In this document: positions 59,792 to 64,000 of the stretch, piece after piece | How the letters are laid out: every line of letters starts with the position of its first letter | How positions within the stretch are numbered: position 1 is the first letter of the stretch | Source of the DNA: Candidatus Hydrogenedentota bacterium | Lineage (GTDB): Bacteria; Hydrogenedentota; Hydrogenedentia; Hydrogenedentales; SLHB01 | Direction: 5' to 3' | DNA length: 64,000 bases | NCBI GenBank assembly: GCA_963668025.2 | Contig: CAXXTH010000010.1 | Location: forward strand, 160,001 to 224,000 | Notes under the pieces: model-generated | What the model was told of the DNA's origin: nothing | Database searches by the model: none | The model's input: the letters and a program-made list of their open reading frames with translations, nothing else | Position numbers and translations under genes: made by a program

Positions 59792-61432
59792 CTATTTCAC
59801 CTTTTTGGAAGCGCCCGGCGCTTCCGGCAGGTACAACGCACTGGGATGGACGGCATCCATATAGACCGTATTATGCGCCACGCGGAGATTACCCGGCGAG
59901 GGGAAATCATCGCCCGTATTGGGATTCACCTCGAAGCGCGGGTGGTTGCTGCTGGAAACATGCACGCCGATGCGGTGGCCTTTGTTGAATACCAGGCTGA
60001 TGGACCACAAATCGATGTCGAGCGCGCCCACTTCGCCCGGCGCCAGCGGTTCAGGCTGCTGGAATCCGTTACGGAACTTCACGCGCTGGATGCTGTCGAG
60101 CATGAGGAACTCGCGTCCATCCGGGTAGATATCAACGAGCTTGGCCGTAAAATCCGTGTCGGGTGCGTCTGAAGATACATACAGGCGCACTCGCACGCGC
60201 CCCGTGGCCTCGATAGGCGTATCGAGCGGTTCCGTGGCGAATTTGAGCACATCCGCGCGCTCGCCTATGGCGTGCTGGTCTTTGGGGCCTGCCTCGATGA
60301 GCAGATTAGCTCCACCAAGAGTGGGGCAAGGATTGGCCGGATCAAAGGCATACGACAGGCTTGAAGTTTTCTCCATGGACGCATCCGCCGATAACCGCCC
60401 ATCCGCAGACAGGTAATAGGGCGTTTCAACCGTCGAAAAAGGCGGCCAGGCGTCCGCGGTGCGCCATTCATTGCCCGGAGCTTGCGGATCGTCCACATCC
60501 CCCAAGGTGTAATACCGCACCGCAGGCAGTTCCATGATTGTCTCTGGCTGGCCCGTAAGCCAGGCTTGGAGAAACGCGCCAGCTTGGCCATTGAAATCGA
60601 ACATGGAATTCTCCGGCAGTTTCAGGTCGCCAGCTTCCGGTGCGGGCGAATGGGTCCATGGCCCCATGATGAGTTGTTGATGGCCCCGTGCGCCTTCGCC
60701 GCCCTGTTCCTGGCGTGTTTTGAAGTTATTAATCGTTCCTTGTTGGAAAATATCCCACCAGCCCCCGACGTGGATGCCGGGCGCGGTGATCCGGCCCGCC
60801 TGTGCCTCGGCGTCATACCCGGCCCAGAACGCGTCGTCCGTGGGGTGGCTTTTCCAGAGGCCAATCATCTCGCTGCACTCCACGGCATTGAGCCAGCCCT
60901 CACATAAGGATTTGCGCCAGACGCCGCCTTGGTAGGCCAGTTGGCCGTAAAACTTGGATGGGGCCACAAGAATGGCCTGGGCGGCTAATCGCGGTTCGGC
61001 GGGGGCCATGAGCATTTGAGTGATGCCGAGGGCCGAGGCCCCATATGTGGCGGCTTTGCCATTACACCATGGCTGTTCGAGAATCCAGCGGACCGTATCC
61101 ACGCCATCTTGCAGTTCGCCCCAGCCGTCCGTGGTGAAGATATGGTCTTCCCCCTCGCTCGAACCGCGCCCGCGCGTATCTTGGATGACATAGGCCGCAC
61201 CAAAGGCGCTGGCTATTTGCGCCATGGATTTGTCGCGCCCATACACCGTGCGCGTGAGCACCACGGGGAAAGGCCCCTTGCCCGGTGGCAGTAAACAATC
61301 CGCCGCCAAGCCCACCCCATCGCGCATGGGGATGAGGGTGAACTGGGATTTGGGTCGAGTCAAATACCAAAATAGGACGCACGCCGCCAGCAACAAAAAA
61401 ACAATGGCTGCCCCAATGCGAAATATGTACAT
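59792..61432 (-). CDS. CocE/NonD family (S15-like) hydrolase
   Basis: IPMRDGV.LAAD, QDTRGRG.SEG, QPWCNGK, GASALG, GWWD, GPWTH, SSSNHPRF. Confidence 0.92.
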   Translation of the reverse strand: MYIFRIGAAIVFLLLAACVLFWYLTRPKSQFTLIPMRDGVGLAADCLLPPGKGPFPVVLTRTVYGRDKSMAQIASAFGAAYVIQDTRGRGSSEGEDHIFTTDGWGELQDGVDTVRWILEQPWCNGKAATYGASALGITQMLMAPAEPRLAAQAILVAPSKFYGQLAYQGGVWRKSLCEGWLNAVECSEMIGLWKSHPTDDAFWAGYDAEAQAGRITAPGIHVGGWWDIFQQGTINNFKTRQEQGGEGARGHQQLIMGPWTHSPAPEAGDLKLPENSMFDFNGQAGAFLQAWLTGQPETIMELPAVRYYTLGDVDDPQAPGNEWRTADAWPPFSTVETPYYLSADGRLSADASMEKTSSLSYAFDPANPCPTLGGANLLIEAGPKDQHAIGERADVLKFATEPLDTPIEATGRVRVRLYVSSDAPDTDFTAKLVDIYPDGREFLMLDSIQRVKFRNGFQQPEPLAPGEVGALDIDLWSISLVFNKGHRIGVHVSSSNHPRFEVNPNTGDDFPSPGNLRVAHNTVYMDAVHPSALYLPEAPGASKKVK

Positions 61433-61622
61433 TAATGGACTCTCCCATATCTACTGTGGCCGCTACGATTAACCTAATGGAACGGCATAACACGGTTTAT
61501 TCTCGTCTACCTTAGCGTTCTTAGCGGTTTTGTGCGAGTATAAATTGGATGGGCGTCCTGATGGTAGTACAGAGTACAATAATCTGAAAAGTGCCGCTGT
61601 TACTCAAACTTCTATAATAATA

Positions 61623-61750
61623 TGTTTCACGCAAAGCCGCGAAGACGTAAAGATTTTCGAGGACTAACGGCAGGAATACCTCAGCACCTCCTATATCTGA
61701 ATGGTAAAAAACACCATATCGAGATGACTCATTCGCGTCCATTCGCGGTC
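61623..61750. repeat. Dispersed intergenic repeat, copy related to 49407-49557
   Basis: TGTTTCACGCAAAGCCGC...AACG.CAGGAATA...GAATGG...ATCGAGATGA..ATTCGCGT.CATTCGCGG. Confidence 0.7.
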
Positions 61751-61757
61751 AAGGAGC

Positions 61758-63353
61758 CTATCTAAATTCGAGGCCGAATATCTCGGCTTCTTTCAAGTCG
61801 AACCGCAGCACTACATCTTCATCAGGAGCCAATCCCAAGGTGTCGTGCTCTTTCCAGCACACGGCGGCCCAGTGCATATCTCCGAACAAAGAGGCGGCGT
61901 TCTCCATCTCCCGTCCGGGAATCGCTTCACCGGTGCTGCGATACGCCGCCACGCGGATATATCCGCCCCGCCGGGTCTTGGCGTTGATATACAAGCGTAC
62001 GCCCGGAGGCAGCACGGGGATGGTCTCGAATTGCCCTGACTGCTCTGCTTGGAGTGATATTAATCGTCCTTGCGGCCACCGCGCATATCCTGTCCGGCGT
62101 TGCGCCTTGACACGGGGATATTTGTGGGGCACGTTGAATCCCGTGTATGGCAGCACCCAGTCGCCGTTGGGCATCTCCGTCAGATTGGGGTGGGTATACA
62201 CGCATCCGCCATTCCACTGGCCGAATGCGCCGGTTTCTAGTATCGGCTCCTGTGACGCGTACTGCCATAGCAGGCCATCGTGGCTGGTGGCCAAGGCGAT
62301 CCAGGTCTCGTCGTGATGGCATAAATCCCATACCGCTGGGAACATCAGATGATGTTCAGGCGCGCCTGGGATGGTGGTATAACAGTTGGTGTACAATACT
62401 TCGGACGGGCGCATGGCTGGGCTGGCCTGCAAGGCTGCCTCCGGCAGAGAGAAATGCTCGAACTGATTGCCCCTCGCGATGCCCACCGACCGGCGTGCGC
62501 TGTTGAATGTGTCGCCCGCCGAGTACGGCCTGCCTCGCTCCGAGCGGGGCAAGTCCGCGTAATCCCGGGTATAGAGTACATATTCGCCTAGATTTGCGTT
62601 GAACGTGCAGACCAACTGGGTGTCGCAATGGGTGATCACCAACGGCGTGTCATACTCCCGCCATGCAATCCCGTCAGGTGAAACGGCTCCCCGCACGCCC
62701 ATCACCATATTTACATCCGTGCGAAACGCCCGGACGTCTATATCTTCTGGCCAGCGCTCCTGGTAGCGCGCCGCTTGCCCGGGGCTCCATGAGTTGCATT
62801 CCGCCACGAGTTTATACCGTTCCTCCGGCGTGCCCATGGGATCGCGAAACACTGAGCACCCACCCCCTATGAAACAGGATGTTTGGAACACGATGTTATT
62901 TTCTTTCGATGAATCATGTTCGATCTGCATGCACTTTGGGGCGCGCCAATGGTATCCATCATCCGATTCACGGTAGGTAATGTAATGATTTGGCCGCTGG
63001 CCCGGTTTGAAAATCTGTAAATCACCCCAGCCCGTGGCGATCCACGCCCGGTATAGTCCGTCTTCCCGGAACAACGTGCCCATGGCACCCTCGCGCTCCC
63101 ATGGTTTGTCTAGTTGCAGCACATTTTCCTCCAGCTCCGCCGGATATGCCTTCAAACAAATACCCCAGGGATTGCATGCCTCCGGCAGGAGTTTGGCGTC
63201 ATATGGACCTTCTTCGCCCACTACGCTCACATCCGCATTTGCCGTATTCCGCCATCGCGAGAACCCCTGGCTCACAAAGAAATAGTTCGTGAAGACGATG
63301 CGGTTTCCCAGCAGCTCATATGGAACGCCTGAGAGCTTTCTCCTTGCGCACAT
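61758..63353 (-). CDS. Hypothetical beta-propeller glycoside hydrolase-like protein
   Basis: Asp-box-like ESDDGYHW, SPDGIAW, TSHDGLLW; C-terminal LYINA..RGGYIRV...LRFDL..AEIFGL. Confidence 0.7.
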   Translation of the reverse strand: MCARRKLSGVPYELLGNRIVFTNYFFVSQGFSRWRNTANADVSVVGEEGPYDAKLLPEACNPWGICLKAYPAELEENVLQLDKPWEREGAMGTLFREDGLYRAWIATGWGDLQIFKPGQRPNHYITYRESDDGYHWRAPKCMQIEHDSSKENNIVFQTSCFIGGGCSVFRDPMGTPEERYKLVAECNSWSPGQAARYQERWPEDIDVRAFRTDVNMVMGVRGAVSPDGIAWREYDTPLVITHCDTQLVCTFNANLGEYVLYTRDYADLPRSERGRPYSAGDTFNSARRSVGIARGNQFEHFSLPEAALQASPAMRPSEVLYTNCYTTIPGAPEHHLMFPAVWDLCHHDETWIALATSHDGLLWQYASQEPILETGAFGQWNGGCVYTHPNLTEMPNGDWVLPYTGFNVPHKYPRVKAQRRTGYARWPQGRLISLQAEQSGQFETIPVLPPGVRLYINAKTRRGGYIRVAAYRSTGEAIPGREMENAASLFGDMHWAAVCWKEHDTLGLAPDEDVVLRFDLKEAEIFGLEFR

Positions 63354-63610
63354 GCAATAGTTCCCTTCTGCATCAAACTTATGATGAACAATTCTGGCTG
63401 GCCTTTCTTGGGATGTTTTTTCCCTAGTGGGGACAATATATCAAAATATGATTCAAAAGTCATCTAAAATATTACATATGTTGCATTTCCGCTGGCTCGT
63501 GTCTGATGAGGGTCTTTGCGGGAAGCCGCGATGAATTTGAGCATCCAATTGCGCTATACTGGTTTTTCAGACGTGGAAGCGTCATAAATATGAGGCAGGA
63601 TGTACGACTC

Positions 63611-64000
63611 ATGAATTCCGGCAACACGAATCAAACCACGGTGCCTGTCATGCGGCTCCAGCGGTATGAACGTTCCCATCGCATAGAAGTGGAAGCAGGC
63701 TATCCCTTCGCTGAGCTGTGTGGATATCTGCCAGTCATCGACCTCATAGAGCTTCGCCAGTGGGATGTCGTGCGGAAATTCCCCCGGCACAGCCACGATG
63801 ATTTATTTCATTTGGACCACTTTCTGGATGGAGAAGGCACTTATGTGATCAATAACCGTCTCAATCCGATTGAGAAAGGGCATTTCTACTTTATTCCGCC
63901 CCATGTGCCCCACCAAGTAAAGGTGGCGGAAAGTAGCACGTTGATCCATCTATCAGTAAAATTTAGTTGTCCGGGGCTTGATTTTGACGCCATCCCTACT
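63611..64000 (+). CDS. Cupin-domain protein, probably an AraC-family regulator (partial, runs off the window)
   Basis: Frame open from ATG 63611 to the window end: RHSHDDLFHLDHFLDGEGTYVINN...KGHFYFIPPHVPHQ; divergent from the hydrolase-like genes. Confidence 0.75.
   Translation, partial: MNSGNTNQTTVPVMRLQRYERSHRIEVEAGYPFAELCGYLPVIDLIELRQWDVVRKFPRHSHDDLFHLDHFLDGEGTYVINNRLNPIEKGHFYFIPPHVPHQVKVAESSTLIHLSVKFSCPGLDFDAIPT

Overview
A ~58% GC (rough estimate) bacterial chromosomal window. The tandem type-IV-pilin-like DUF1559/H-X9-DG proteins, the PEP-CTERM protein and several sigma54 promoters suggest Candidatus Hydrogenedentota or a related PVC-like lineage (inference). Housekeeping content: the 5' end of hisS, hisH-hisF, deoC, a sigma54-driven sulfate ABC operon (sbp-cysT-cysW-cysA) with a divergent enhancer-binding protein, infC-rpmI-rplT-hisA-tyrA-tmk behind an L20 leader, a short purH behind a ZTP riboswitch, an MCP, three radical SAM genes, fliQ-fliR-flhB-flhA-flhF-flhG and degP. 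Mobile DNA: a complete ISKra4-family IS inserted in a stop codon, a 300-bp MITE-like element with ISKra4-like ends, a class C group II intron behind the degP terminator, and several REP-like families. The most unusual observations are four. (1) A 311-bp promoter-bearing segment is duplicated around an orphan gene directly upstream of fliQ. (2) An AT-richer TIR/NDT-fold gene is bracketed by both inverted and direct repeats, like a cassette. (3) rplT and hisA form an in-frame fusion caused by one extra base at a TTT-C site. (4) Telomere-like GGG-N4 repeat arrays occur twice. No rRNA, tRNA or CRISPR array was seen. All calls were made by eye, without database searches.
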